From: a virus
Length of the DNA stretch: 64,000 nt
Strand: one strand, 5' to 3'
IMG/VR virus record: IMGVR_UViG_3300037247_001169
Location: 1-64,000 of that record
The position numbers and the translations under genes were made by a program. Below are positions 28,177 to 38,221 of this stretch, in pieces. The notes under the pieces are model-generated. The model saw only the letters and a list, made by a program, of their open reading frames with translations. It did not search any database and was not told the DNA's origin. Every line of letters starts with the position of its first letter. The stretch's first letter is position 1.

Positions 28177-29385
28177 CTATGGCAAAGTGCCGTCGACCGT
28201 CACCACGTGATTGATCCGCGTGAGGGCCGGATGAACCGGGCGACGGTCACTGTTGTCTGTCATCACACCCATGCGCTCGCTGCGATGGAGTCGGCGGTCG
28301 AGCTGCATGCTCTTTTGGAGCATTTGCCGATACCGCTCCCACTTCTCGCCGCGGCGATCGTTCTTGTCGTTCTCTGCGGCCGCCAGACAGGCGTACTTGA
28401 TCGTGTCGCCGTGCAACATGCCGCCTACGGGAAACTCGTCACTGGTGATCTGGTCGATCAGCAGGATTTCCTGAAAGTACGCCGTGTAGTTGCTGTCCGG
28501 TATGCGATAGACGAGCAGATCCCATCGCTGGCCGTCCGTAGCATCCGTTCCCGACACCGGCCGCTGGGCTGCAAGCGTCGGCCGGGCGGCGCTCGTACTC
28601 CGTTGAAGCAGCTCGGCCACCTGGCGTTCGCTGACCAAGTCGATCGGCGAATAAGATCCCGCATTGTTCTGGAAAGTGATCGGTCCGACGATCCCGCCGA
28701 AGGCGTCGGGCATACGATAGACGCCGTCGGCCGTGACCGAAAAGAACTTCGCGGAAATCGTCGGGCTGGGCGTCGCCGAGAGCGTCACGACCGTCGAACT
28801 CGTGTACGCACTGATCGTGTACTCCCGGTAGACCTTGAACGTATCGCCGGCGTTGGATGTCGTGCTCGTCGCGTTCCCACTGAGCTTGACAATCGTCGTG
28901 CTCGTCACGGATGCGATCGTGTACGTCTCTCCCGATGTATCGAAAACGAGCTTGGCCCCGACGTCGTCACTGCTCGTCGTGAAAATCGCAGATGTAGCCG
29001 TCAGGGTCGTTTCGCCCGTCGCGAACGCCGCCGCCCCGTCGTCCGTCCCCGACAACGCATTGATCTTGACCTTGCGGCCGACCATCGTCGCGAAGAACGA
29101 AGCGGCGGTCGCGGTCAACGTCGCCGTGCTGCTCGACGCGGTAACCGTTGACTCGGCAACCGTCGCCCACAGAGTCACGTCGACCACCGGAGACAGAAAC
29201 GACCAGTTGAAGGCCCCGAGGAAATCACGCATGCCCTCGCCGAAGTACGCATCTACGTCCGCACCTTCATCGGCGGTCAATCCCGCCGTGGTGTCCGCTA
29301 GGCGCGTATACCCCAGGTAATGGGCGATCGCCTGGCGGATCGTGCTGAACTTCAGACTGAGTGTCGATTCAGCCATGTCGGTCAA
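28177..29385 (-). CDS. Head-tail adaptor (tubular protein A) with inserted beta domains
   Basis: WSFL..YRMPDAF..YRIPDSNY..IKYACLA adaptor pattern. Confidence 0.7.
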   Translation of the reverse strand: MTDMAESTLSLKFSTIRQAIAHYLGYTRLADTTAGLTADEGADVDAYFGEGMRDFLGAFNWSFLSPVVDVTLWATVAESTVTASSSTATLTATAASFFATMVGRKVKINALSGTDDGAAAFATGETTLTATSAIFTTSSDDVGAKLVFDTSGETYTIASVTSTTIVKLSGNATSTTSNAGDTFKVYREYTISAYTSSTVVTLSATPSPTISAKFFSVTADGVYRMPDAFGGIVGPITFQNNAGSYSPIDLVSERQVAELLQRSTSAARPTLAAQRPVSGTDATDGQRWDLLVYRIPDSNYTAYFQEILLIDQITSDEFPVGGMLHGDTIKYACLAAAENDKNDRRGEKWERYRQMLQKSMQLDRRLHRSERMGVMTDNSDRRPVHPALTRINHVVTVDGTLP

Positions 29386-29387
29386 TC

Positions 29388-29434
29388 AAAAAACGGCGGG
29401 GGCGGGCGCGGACAAACACGTCCGCACCCCGCCG
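29388..29434 (-). terminator. Rho-independent terminator after the capsid genes
   Basis: CGGCGGGG..CCCCGCCG stem followed by T6. Confidence 0.75.
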
Positions 29435-29443
29435 CACTAGCGC

Positions 29444-30283
29444 CTACGTTATGGGCATCGCGATAACCTTCACCCAATCGACAAACAAATTGCCGGGAGT
29501 CGCGCCCGCCTCATTACACAGAAGCACGCCCAATTCCTGGTCGCCCGGGAAGTTGGTCGTGTCGGTGATGGTGTTGGCCTTGCTTCCGACCGTGTTGTAA
29601 TCCTCCTGGGTCTCCTTCGCACCATCGAAAAAGATTTCCAGGAAGCGGTCCTGACGATTCGTCGGGTCCCACAAGAACCCGGTCTTGACATACTGGTCGG
29701 CAACCAGGGTCTTCGCGTCAACTTCCATGACAACGTCGGTGCCGTTCTCCTTGTTGAAGATCGGCTCACACTGATCACCGTCGGCCTCCAAACGCGAGAA
29801 GCCGATGTAGTCCACGTTTTGCATGGTTCCATCGGCAGCTATGATGCCTTCGTCCTTGACGAGACCCTCTTCGGTGAGGCCCACGAACACACCGAACGTC
29901 GTGTTCGCGATCGTGTTGACCTTCCACCGTGCCTCGAACCAGACCCGATGATCCGCGTCCAACTTGACGAAGCTGCCGGCGTTTCCGTCCGTCCCGATGA
30001 CCGCAGTCTCGTCGGCCGTATCGGCACTGATTTGCATCACACCGCCGACGGCTGTTGCAATCGTGTTCAGGGTCCCGCCCGAATCGGCCGCCCCCGCCCA
30101 CTTATGCAGAACGGTATCGGCCGCCCCCAAAACCGGGAAGTTGATGAAGTCCTCCCAGAAATACCAGCCGCGGATTCGACTTGCAAGTATGGCTTCGATC
30201 GGACACAAGTGCCACAGTTCCGGCGTTGGAGCCGCAGCGGCCGAGCCGGTCGTAACACCATAAGGTAATACGCCTCTCATCAC
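29444..30283 (-). CDS. Capsid decoration-like protein
   Basis: Immediately after the major capsid gene with AGGAGG RBS; WEDF..WFEARWK..VDWVK. Confidence 0.65.
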   Translation of the reverse strand: MMRGVLPYGVTTGSAAAAPTPELWHLCPIEAILASRIRGWYFWEDFINFPVLGAADTVLHKWAGAADSGGTLNTIATAVGGVMQISADTADETAVIGTDGNAGSFVKLDADHRVWFEARWKVNTIANTTFGVFVGLTEEGLVKDEGIIAADGTMQNVDYIGFSRLEADGDQCEPIFNKENGTDVVMEVDAKTLVADQYVKTGFLWDPTNRQDRFLEIFFDGAKETQEDYNTVGSKANTITDTTNFPGDQELGVLLCNEAGATPGNLFVDWVKVIAMPIT

Positions 30284-30295
30284 TGCACCTCCTTT

Positions 30296-31339
30296 CTATT
30301 CGCCGAACGGGGCTGCCTTCGCACCCACGAAGTGGGCACGGAACAGCTCGTTGGCAAAGTTCCAAGAATGGTCCAAGTGTTTCTCGACCACGTTGTGCTG
30401 CTTCGGCGCCTCACGCGGACCGGTCTCGCGCATGTTGTTGTTGCGCAAGATGCCGATGTAGAAGTGCGTGAGGTTGATCCCGTAGAACGGGTTGCTGCTG
30501 GCAGCCGCTCCGTCATCGAGGTAAGGAACCCAAGTAATCGGAATGCGTTTGAACGACGTCGCGTCCATCGTCACGGCCACATCGAAGCCGATGTTGTCGT
30601 TTCGCTGGCGGGCCATCGCTTCGATGGCCTTGAGGGTCGTCTCGTCCGTGAAGAAGGCGTAGTTCTGGATATTCACGCCCTCGACGCGCGGAGGTGGACG
30701 GAATCTCACCTTTCGGAACGCCGTCGAAGTCAGCGAATACCAGTCGTCTTCGCTGACGAGCGTGTACGTGTACGCCCAATTCTTCTGGTTGGGCTCGGCC
30801 GCCGGATCGATGCCGTACTTGTCCGTATGACCCGACGCGAGACTGCCGGTGAAGCCGTCCGTGCCGTTCCAGATGACCGAATACGGAATGCCGTGGGGCA
30901 TGAGCACATCGGAAGCGCCGGGCACCTGCCAGGCGCCGGTCTCGATGTCCTCGGCCACGTCGACGAACAATCCGTCGTCCTGGACTGCGACGAGATCCAC
31001 GATCTCTTCCGCGGGGCTCGCCATGTCTAGTTCGCGAATGTCGATACCCCAACTGCGATTGATATGCCGCCACTGAACTTCGCCGGCCGTAATGTGCTTC
31101 CCTCGATCGACGTTGTCCTCCTCGTACAACTGGACATAACCGCTCCCGCCTTGGGTGCGGTTCATCACGTTGAACTTGAAGGACTTCCCGCCCTTGGTCC
31201 TAGACCGACCTCCGTCCAGCAACATGCGGACGATCGGATAGTCCTGGTAGGCCTGGGCCACCTGGACCCAGTTCCCTCGATCGAGGTCTGAAAGCACGCC
31301 GGCGGCCAGATCGGCGATCTGACTCGGCGTAAAAGGCAT
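30296..31339 (-). CDS. Major capsid protein
   Basis: 347 aa after the scaffold; GG..F N-arm, FKRIPITWVPYLD..YGIN pattern. Confidence 0.8.
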   Translation of the reverse strand: MPFTPSQIADLAAGVLSDLDRGNWVQVAQAYQDYPIVRMLLDGGRSRTKGGKSFKFNVMNRTQGGSGYVQLYEEDNVDRGKHITAGEVQWRHINRSWGIDIRELDMASPAEEIVDLVAVQDDGLFVDVAEDIETGAWQVPGASDVLMPHGIPYSVIWNGTDGFTGSLASGHTDKYGIDPAAEPNQKNWAYTYTLVSEDDWYSLTSTAFRKVRFRPPPRVEGVNIQNYAFFTDETTLKAIEAMARQRNDNIGFDVAVTMDATSFKRIPITWVPYLDDGAAASSNPFYGINLTHFYIGILRNNNMRETGPREAPKQHNVVEKHLDHSWNFANELFRAHFVGAKAAPFGE

Positions 31340-31351
31340 TGGTTATCTCCT

Positions 31352-32194
31352 CTAGGGAGCCGTGCCCATTTCGGCCATCTGCAGCCTTCGCACACTTTGT
31401 GTGGCTTTCTCGCGGCCGCTCTGGGCGGGCTCTTCTTCTCGGGACCTCGGACGTTCCGAAGTCCGGTCCACGCCCCGTTGGACTCTGCCACCGAGGGCCT
31501 TCCGTTCCATCTCGGCCAAGCGCGAGAAGTACAAACTCCCCAGCGCCCGCTGGAACGCTTCGCCGTAGTCGGCGGTCCCGAGCTGCTGCATGGCACCAAC
31601 GTGCTGGCGCAGCCTGTCGAGTTCCTTGGCATTCCGGGCGTTCGGAGGCCCGAGCACGGGATGCCAGTCTTCGCCAAGCGCGTTGACCTGCTCGTTGAAT
31701 GTCATGCGCCCGACGGTATCGTTCATCCCCGTAATCCGGTTCACCAGCTCGCCGATCGCGGTCATCATCTGGACCGACTGATTGGCATAATGGCTGTTGA
31801 TCCCGTTCAGGGCGTTGATCACGTTTTCGTCCACATCATCCTTGTTCAACTCCAGCGCGGCCGCGAACTGCATCGGGTCGATCTGGCCGGCCTGCTGTTG
31901 GTCGGCACCGACTTGTTGCTGTTGCTGGCCCGGGATACCGGCCGTGGCCGCCCGATCGGCGGCGCGCAAGACCATCGAGAGATTGGCCGGGCCGAGCGCG
32001 TCGATCTCGCCCTGGTCGAAGCCGAGCGATTGGGCGCGGCTAAGGGCCGCAGGGTCGAACTGCGGCGCGGCATCGGTTCGCTCGCCGGTTTGCGTATCCT
32101 GGGTAATGACATCCGCCGCCACTCCCGTCTGCTGGTCTGCGTTGTCGACGTTCGTTGCTTGATCTGGTTCCGGCACGATTGTCTCCCTATCCAA
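31352..32194 (-). CDS. Capsid scaffolding protein
   Basis: Acidic N-terminus, helical, between portal and capsid. Confidence 0.65.
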   Translation of the reverse strand: MDRETIVPEPDQATNVDNADQQTGVAADVITQDTQTGERTDAAPQFDPAALSRAQSLGFDQGEIDALGPANLSMVLRAADRAATAGIPGQQQQQVGADQQQAGQIDPMQFAAALELNKDDVDENVINALNGINSHYANQSVQMMTAIGELVNRITGMNDTVGRMTFNEQVNALGEDWHPVLGPPNARNAKELDRLRQHVGAMQQLGTADYGEAFQRALGSLYFSRLAEMERKALGGRVQRGVDRTSERPRSREEEPAQSGREKATQSVRRLQMAEMGTAP

Positions 32195-32543
32195 AATAAC
32201 TGTCTTTGTTATGGGCCTTCATGTACTTGTTGAACTTCCGCTGGTGCGCCATGTCTCTCATCAGCGGATTCCCGTCCTTGTTGAACGTAGTCGGCACACC
32301 ATGCGCCGCCGCGTCTTTCATCGCCGTAAACCGATCGTCGGGATGCACGCCCATGGAGTACGATTCGATGGGCCAGCCCCTCGTAACGCCACGAAGTTCC
32401 TTTGGGCGCGACAACCATTCGGCAGGTATACACCGCTGACCCATCTCTCCGTCGTCGAAGCGGACGGCCATGGGCGCCGTGCCTATCGGGAAGTCCTTCG
32501 TCCTGACTTCACCCGACGACAACTTGAAGCAATAGGTGCTCAT
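32187..32543 (-). CDS. Small protein after the portal (FmdB-like position)
   Basis: MSTYCF..WPIESYSMGVHP; coupled on both sides. Confidence 0.6.
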   Translation of the reverse strand: MSTYCFKLSSGEVRTKDFPIGTAPMAVRFDDGEMGQRCIPAEWLSRPKELRGVTRGWPIESYSMGVHPDDRFTAMKDAAAHGVPTTFNKDGNPLMRDMAHQRKFNKYMKAHNKDSYFG

Positions 32544-34306
32544 TGTGCACCCCCGACCGTATTGGCCTGCCCGGCACCCGATAGAAGCCGAGACATAAGC
32601 TGGGTCTCGTCGAGATCCCCTCCCTGCTGACGACCGTCGGCGGCGCCACCCGCTTGTTGGCCGAACGGTTGGGGCCGACCCGCGGCCGGCGCGGGCGTCG
32701 GGGCGCCCTGAAGATCCATCTCGGACGGCTTGAACCGGACCATCTGTCGCAGCTCGGGGAAGTTCGCCAGGCGAGAGACCCCGTCGTAGAAGCCGTTGAA
32801 ATCGGGGGCTATGTTCTGGGCGGCGAGCATCGGCGCCGCCTGCATCGTCCGGTCCCACATCGCGAACATCAGTTGGAGCTTGTCGGCCGGGGTCTGCCGC
32901 CGCATGCTGAACGGCTCGACCGTGATGTCATACTCCACCAAGTCGCCTTCGCGCGTCTCCGGGCTCCACAGCTCGCTGGTATAGAAGTCCGTATCTGCGA
33001 TCCGCCGATAGACGACATCCTCGCGCAACTCCTCCGTCCACTCGTACCAGGCGCATGCCTGAACGATGTCCTGTGTGAATTCGGCGAACCGATCCTGCAT
33101 GGCGCCCACCCGTTCGTCCGACGAACCCTTGACGATTTTTTCCTGGGTCGCCGTATCCGTGATCTGACCGAAGCCGGCGATTACGTCCGTCCCCGACCGC
33201 CGCTTGAACAGGCCGTGTGCGTGGATCGCCATGGCAATGGTTTGCCCTGACGCCCCGCCGACTTTGATGCGCTGGACCGGGTCTTGGACATCGCTGCGTA
33301 TCGAGTCGCCATCGACAGCATCGAGAACGCGCCGGAACGTGTCTTCCGCTTCGCCCTGATAGGTGAAAACCTCTTTCTCGCGCTCGCCCTGGCGGAATAT
33401 CTTCCGGTAGATGCGGTTCACGAAGTCGTCCAGGTCCCACAACGTGTAAGCCGGGGCCAACGGCCAGAGTTGGCCGGGCACATCCTGGAACGACAAGACG
33501 CGATAGGGGCCGCCTTCCGGCCCGTCGAACGGCACGATCCGTAGCGGTTTCTCGGCATTGAGCGACATCGTGACGACGAGATTGCTCTCCGGAAGCCAGA
33601 CGTGATAGACATCCACCCGCTGGCGGAAGCGCTCTTCGTATTGGCCCTTCCCCAAACTCAAGGTCTGTTCGCGCTCGATGTTGGTATCGTCTTTCGAGCC
33701 GAACGTCCCGCTTCTAAGCTGGTCCACCGCGTCCTGGTCGTAGAGCGGGTTGTCCTGGAAGTGTTCCAACGGGCGACGGAACTTGTCGCCCATGAAATCC
33801 ATCAGCTCCCGCTCGTCGGGCGACATATCCCAAACCAGGTTGGCATGATGGATGTTGTCGACGAACGGCTGACCGACGTTATGCATGTAACCGCCGATGC
33901 GATTGCGCCGATCCGCCTCGACCCCGATCCGGACAACGCCCGGGCCGAACACCGCGTTCACGATGGCGCCGCGCAATGTCGCCGCCAGGTTGATCTCCTG
34001 GATCAGCTTGTTGAGTCGCCGCTCGAATGTCTGGGCTTGCGGCAGCAGCCCCTCGATGAACGTGCTGACCAGGACCTGCGGATTCCGGGCGGCGATGGCC
34101 ATGCTGAGCACGCTGGCCAATTCTTCCATCCCGTTGACCGGGACGCGGTCGTGCTCGTTCTTGGACGTGTGACCGTAGTGCGGGCCGACCATCTGCCGTT
34201 TCGCCATCATCGCGAACTCGATAAACGGCTTCATCTGCTTGCGGGCGTACTTGACCGAATTCTTCAGCCGGTCAAAGTCTTTTTCGTTGTCAGGATCGAA
34301 CGGCAC
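32540..34306 (-). CDS. Portal protein
   Basis: 588 aa, helical, TATQEKI motif, position after the terminase. Confidence 0.8.
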   Translation of the reverse strand: MPFDPDNEKDFDRLKNSVKYARKQMKPFIEFAMMAKRQMVGPHYGHTSKNEHDRVPVNGMEELASVLSMAIAARNPQVLVSTFIEGLLPQAQTFERRLNKLIQEINLAATLRGAIVNAVFGPGVVRIGVEADRRNRIGGYMHNVGQPFVDNIHHANLVWDMSPDERELMDFMGDKFRRPLEHFQDNPLYDQDAVDQLRSGTFGSKDDTNIEREQTLSLGKGQYEERFRQRVDVYHVWLPESNLVVTMSLNAEKPLRIVPFDGPEGGPYRVLSFQDVPGQLWPLAPAYTLWDLDDFVNRIYRKIFRQGEREKEVFTYQGEAEDTFRRVLDAVDGDSIRSDVQDPVQRIKVGGASGQTIAMAIHAHGLFKRRSGTDVIAGFGQITDTATQEKIVKGSSDERVGAMQDRFAEFTQDIVQACAWYEWTEELREDVVYRRIADTDFYTSELWSPETREGDLVEYDITVEPFSMRRQTPADKLQLMFAMWDRTMQAAPMLAAQNIAPDFNGFYDGVSRLANFPELRQMVRFKPSEMDLQGAPTPAPAAGRPQPFGQQAGGAADGRQQGGDLDETQLMSRLLSGAGQANTVGGAQ

Positions 34307-34565
34307 GCTGTTTCAATCTCTCTACTAGGGCTGCAACCTCATCCACGACCTTGTCGTCCGGATCGAAGCACACCGCCCCGAAATAGGTCACCTCGCTGAC
34401 CTCGGGATCGTCTCGCAGGCTGATGCGGCAATGTCCGTCATCGCCTTCGAGTTTGACCACGAACTCCTTGAGCATGCGCAACCCCGCCAGGATGCCACAT
34501 ACCCATTCCCTCGCAGCGCGATTTACGGCCTCTCGTGCTTCCATGTAGCCTTCCAGCGCAAACAA
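34290..34565 (-). CDS. Hypothetical protein
   Basis: ORF between terL and portal. Confidence 0.5.
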   Translation of the reverse strand: MFALEGYMEAREAVNRAAREWVCGILAGLRMLKEFVVKLEGDDGHCRISLRDDPEVSEVTYFGAVCFDPDDKVVDEVAALVERLKQRAVRS

Positions 34566-34602
34566 AAAGGGCAGTACAGTGGTACGGCACCGTACTACCC
34601 TT
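34561..34602 (-). terminator. Long hairpin plus U-tract between terL and portal
   Basis: AAGGGTAGTACGGTG/CACTGTACTGCCCTT stem then TTTGTTT. Confidence 0.6.
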
Positions 34603-34659
34603 CAGTTTGCCAACTGTTGCCCGGCTCAGGAGCGACCCTTGCCGAGGGAATCCCTCAAT

Positions 34660-36546
34660 TCACCAAAGCGCCTTACTCCGCTCCGCTTTCTCCCGTTCCT
34701 TTATCCTCCCACCCACGCTATCCGTCGGGATCTGCGCCGGCCGTTGCTCGGCGGCCAAAAGTTTAGCCTGTTTTTCGAGTGGCTTCAAGAGCATCCAGGC
34801 TCCGGCATCGGCGATCACCAGGTCACCGTGGTTTTTCTTCTTGCCGGACGCACTGACCTCTCCCAAGGCCGTGGAATGCTCGACCGTCCCGCGGTCCGTC
34901 CATTTGTACTCTACACACTCGCGGACCGCCTCTTCGTCTCGGTTAGTGATCCGCCCACTGCCCAGGGCTCCGTTATAACTCAATAGCATGCGCTGCTTAG
35001 CATCGCCGCCAGACGGCCACCCGTCCTTTCCCGATTCCTTCCCCCGCTTGTCGCGGTATTTGTAGAATCGGGAATATCCCAATTCGTGAATTTCGTCCGA
35101 GAAAGAGTCCCCCACGCCCTGCATTTCAAACCACAACTTCGGATTGTGGAACCACCGCAGAATCGGGAAGCAATACCTGGCGAACTTAGCCGGGCTCATT
35201 ACGTTAGTTTTCACACGAGCGACCTTCTCCATCTTGTCGCTCCAAATGGACAAACAACTATCAGACGCACCCGTTCCGGCTGACACGTCAACGGCCGCAA
35301 CGTACTCTTGATCGGACTGCGGTCTTCCTCCCAGCAGGTTCAGCCATAGCAACAGGTTGCCGCCGGGGCTTTCGATGAACTCGTCGAACGCGAAATCGTG
35401 TTCATCGTAGCTGAGTTCACCTTGCCAGAACGGTTTCCGACAATCTCGTTTGACCACCGCCTCAATCTCCTCCGGCTCGAAAAAAGGGTCGCCCGACCTG
35501 AGGAAGTCGATGTCCATTTCCTGGGCGATGAGCGATTCGACGCCCAGCTTCAGACATCCGTTGTCGTAGTACGGACTGCGGACCGCCGATTTGCCGAGGC
35601 CGTTGACACCCCACGGATAGTGGTCCCGCGCCAGATCGTCGTCATCACCCCCGATTGTGATCTCGCCGAACCGCTCTTTGATGTAACGGACCTTCGCCTT
35701 CGCCCAGAACGACTCGTCAATGAACCTCGGGTCGCCCTTGGCCATCCGATAGGCGCCCTGGTAGTGCTCGGGATGATCCGTCCAGTGGAGCTGGAGGATA
35801 TTGCGATTCTTGTCGTGGGCCAGCCGGTAGAACTCGCCGCCGATACCGTTCGGCGTGCTCGGGACGATAGCGCAGTTCGTGTTGCCTACGATCGACGCCC
35901 AAGCCTTACGCGAATCGAGCGGATCGATGAACGCGAATTCGTCGGAAACGACAGCCGTCTTACGCCCGCCGCGGCCCATGTTGCCGGTCGTCGACGTTCC
36001 CATGATGTTGCTGCCCGTCGCCCAATTGACATAGCTGAGCTTGGCGCGTCCCAGACCGCCGGTCATCCACTCGGGAAGATGGTCGTGAACGAAGTCCAGC
36101 TTGGCGAACAGGCAATCCGGGTCGCCCTTCTTGTCCACCATGTCCTCGGTACGGCTGACCAACAGGAACGTCTGCAAGCGGCGAAACAAGAACCGGCGAT
36201 CGATCGGCAACAGGACCATCCACGTCGCACCGATATACCGGCTCTTGGGGAGGATGACGTTGCGCCGCCCGATCGACGCATCGATCTCCAGCAGCGCCTT
36301 CTCCTGAAACGGGTAGGCGATAAACGGACGGAGCGGATGATCGGCATGTTCCCGGGGATTGAACGTCCAGACGAACGTGTCGATCCAGAAGAGCAGGTCC
36401 CGGCTACAGCAGTCGATCACCGTCTGGCGGTTCGACTCCGATTGCAACGCCCACTTCTCCATGTGGAGGCGCCAACGGAGGTTCGCCCTGAAGTCACGAG
36501 GGACGGCCTGGGCCGGTTCAGCAGTTTCCAACTCCGACAGCAACAT
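34660..36546 (-). CDS. terL: Terminase large subunit
   Basis: KSRYIGATW Walker A, GRGGR..SDEFA Walker B, STPNG, AVDVSAG..DS and HGDLVIA nuclease motifs. Confidence 0.92.
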   Translation of the reverse strand: MLLSELETAEPAQAVPRDFRANLRWRLHMEKWALQSESNRQTVIDCCSRDLLFWIDTFVWTFNPREHADHPLRPFIAYPFQEKALLEIDASIGRRNVILPKSRYIGATWMVLLPIDRRFLFRRLQTFLLVSRTEDMVDKKGDPDCLFAKLDFVHDHLPEWMTGGLGRAKLSYVNWATGSNIMGTSTTGNMGRGGRKTAVVSDEFAFIDPLDSRKAWASIVGNTNCAIVPSTPNGIGGEFYRLAHDKNRNILQLHWTDHPEHYQGAYRMAKGDPRFIDESFWAKAKVRYIKERFGEITIGGDDDDLARDHYPWGVNGLGKSAVRSPYYDNGCLKLGVESLIAQEMDIDFLRSGDPFFEPEEIEAVVKRDCRKPFWQGELSYDEHDFAFDEFIESPGGNLLLWLNLLGGRPQSDQEYVAAVDVSAGTGASDSCLSIWSDKMEKVARVKTNVMSPAKFARYCFPILRWFHNPKLWFEMQGVGDSFSDEIHELGYSRFYKYRDKRGKESGKDGWPSGGDAKQRMLLSYNGALGSGRITNRDEEAVRECVEYKWTDRGTVEHSTALGEVSASGKKKNHGDLVIADAGAWMLLKPLEKQAKLLAAEQRPAQIPTDSVGGRIKEREKAERSKALW

Positions 36547-37216
36547 CAGCAGTTCCCATCATTGCATCCAAAACATCCCGTTCGGCAAACAGTTCTCTCG
36601 TCACCTCCACGTGACTCCGGCCGCTGTCCGATAACGACGTGCGCCCCCTGGCCTTGCGCTCCTCATGCTTGTCATAGTCGTCCCAGAACTTGGCCTGGTC
36701 GCCCTTCGCCCACTCCAGCATGTTGAGGGCGGTTCGCGACGGGATATCGGCGGGATCCAAAGCAAGAATGTCAACTTCCGCGAAAAGGTGCTCTGCAACC
36801 CACTCTATGCCCGGCACGGAACCCTTCTTGCCCGCCAGTTCCCTGTGAAGTTCAATCCGCGACATGCCCTCGACGGCAGCACAGTCGCGCTTGGCCTTGC
36901 GCTTTTTCCGAACGGCACGTTGGCGCTCGCTCTTGGTGTATTCGCCTGTTTCCCTAAGTGTTTTACGGCTCGGAACCTGATCTGCAACTTCGACGATCGC
37001 CCGACGCCATGCTTCCCGAACACTCAATCCGCCGCGCTTCAGTGCGTCGCGCTTGCGAGTGAAACCCGTCCAGAAATCGACGCCCAACCTCATGCCGAGC
37101 CTCGCGGCCTCGCGCTTGTCCTCTTTGCAATCGAACTCGAGGTGCTTCTGGTCGAGCCAGCGATCTCGGCTGGTGGGCTCGTAGTTTTCGTCGTTGTGTG
37201 TCTGGAGGTCAGGCAT
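36518..37216 (-). CDS. Putative terminase small subunit
   Basis: Overlaps the terL start; helical and basic. Confidence 0.5.
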   Translation of the reverse strand: MPDLQTHNDENYEPTSRDRWLDQKHLEFDCKEDKREAARLGMRLGVDFWTGFTRKRDALKRGGLSVREAWRRAIVEVADQVPSRKTLRETGEYTKSERQRAVRKKRKAKRDCAAVEGMSRIELHRELAGKKGSVPGIEWVAEHLFAEVDILALDPADIPSRTALNMLEWAKGDQAKFWDDYDKHEERKARGRTSLSDSGRSHVEVTRELFAERDVLDAMMGTADVAVGVGNC

Positions 37217-37697
37217 GTTCCAAATACTTCTCTGCCGCGCTCATGGCCATCGCAGCCGATTCGGAGGACACTGACATGTTCACAATGTAACGGCCGCGGC
37301 CGCCATAATCGCGCCAGATGGCCGGCCAGACAATGAGGGCCAATCGAACAAGCTCTGCCGGGTGTCCTCGAGCCTTGATGAGAAAACAGTCGGCGGCTTC
37401 CTGCGCGTCTTTCGCCGCATTCGCAAACCGTTCGTCGCCGATTCTGTACCGACCGCCCGCACGCTCCATAGTGCACGGCCAAATGTGCTCGACGATCGCC
37501 TGCCGGCTCGGGAGCCCGGGATCTTTACAATCGTCCTCGGCTTCCGCCTTCTGGTTCTTGACGATCCCGTAGACGTACTGGATCGCACACCCGGCCTCCT
37601 TGGCTGCCTCAGATGGGCTTTTGCCCATCGCCAGGGCCGCTAGAACCACATCCTTCTTGGACGATGACTGAACCTGCCCCGTCGCCACTTCGTTCAT
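37209..37697 (-). CDS. HTH DNA-binding protein
   Basis: LAMGKSPSEAAKEAGCAIQYVY helix-turn-helix. Confidence 0.7.
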   Translation of the reverse strand: MNEVATGQVQSSSKKDVVLAALAMGKSPSEAAKEAGCAIQYVYGIVKNQKAEAEDDCKDPGLPSRQAIVEHIWPCTMERAGGRYRIGDERFANAAKDAQEAADCFLIKARGHPAELVRLALIVWPAIWRDYGGRGRYIVNMSVSSESAAMAMSAAEKYLEHA

Positions 37698-37980
37698 CGA
37701 ATCGCTCCTGTAACTGGATCACCGCCGCATTGAGGGTCAGGCATTGCCTGGACAGGAAAAACACTGCGTCCTCGAGGTAAAGCACGAGTTCCGGCGTGAC
37801 CGGCACGCCTGGCCGTAGAGATGGTTTCCCCGGAACACGGATCTGCTTTTGGGCTGCGAGCGCCGCTACGTGCTTGGCCTCCACCAATTGCGTGTGGACC
37901 GTGTGGATCCGCCCGTACATCTGCTTCTCGGGCGAAGCGCCCTTGCCATTCCCGTCAGACGGCCTTTCGTTCAGCCTCAT
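37609..37980 (-). CDS. Hypothetical protein
   Basis: 123-aa ORF in operon. Confidence 0.5.
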   Translation of the reverse strand: MRLNERPSDGNGKGASPEKQMYGRIHTVHTQLVEAKHVAALAAQKQIRVPGKPSLRPGVPVTPELVLYLEDAVFFLSRQCLTLNAAVIQLQERFDERSGDGAGSVIVQEGCGSSGPGDGQKPI

Positions 37981-38221
37981 ACGTTCGCTCGCATTCGTCG
38001 GGGTCTCCGTGGACGTAAAGCACCAGCTTCCCGTAGTTGACGGGGATCAACGGCAGACCGCACCGATGGCACAGCGGCCGTTCCACCTCTGGGTCGGTCA
38101 AGATGTCATCTACCAGCGTTTCCATTCCGGTCATCCACGGGCGCGGGCTCCTGCCCAAGTGGCGCCCCAGGTTACACGGGCAAGGCAGTGCAACCGACCC
38201 CGACCTGGGAGCAATCCGCAA

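Noticed and set aside
29756-29768. Possible self-target: GAAGATCGGCTCA matches 13 of 18 nt of one reconstructed TIGR target
   Set aside because: The remaining bases mismatch, and a 13-nt hit is plausible by chance over 31 guides and both strands. I could not run an exhaustive search.
16579-36726. Long plus-strand ORFs (e.g. 17833-19842, 28015-29151, 35398-36726)
   Set aside because: Antisense shadows of high-GC minus-strand virion genes.
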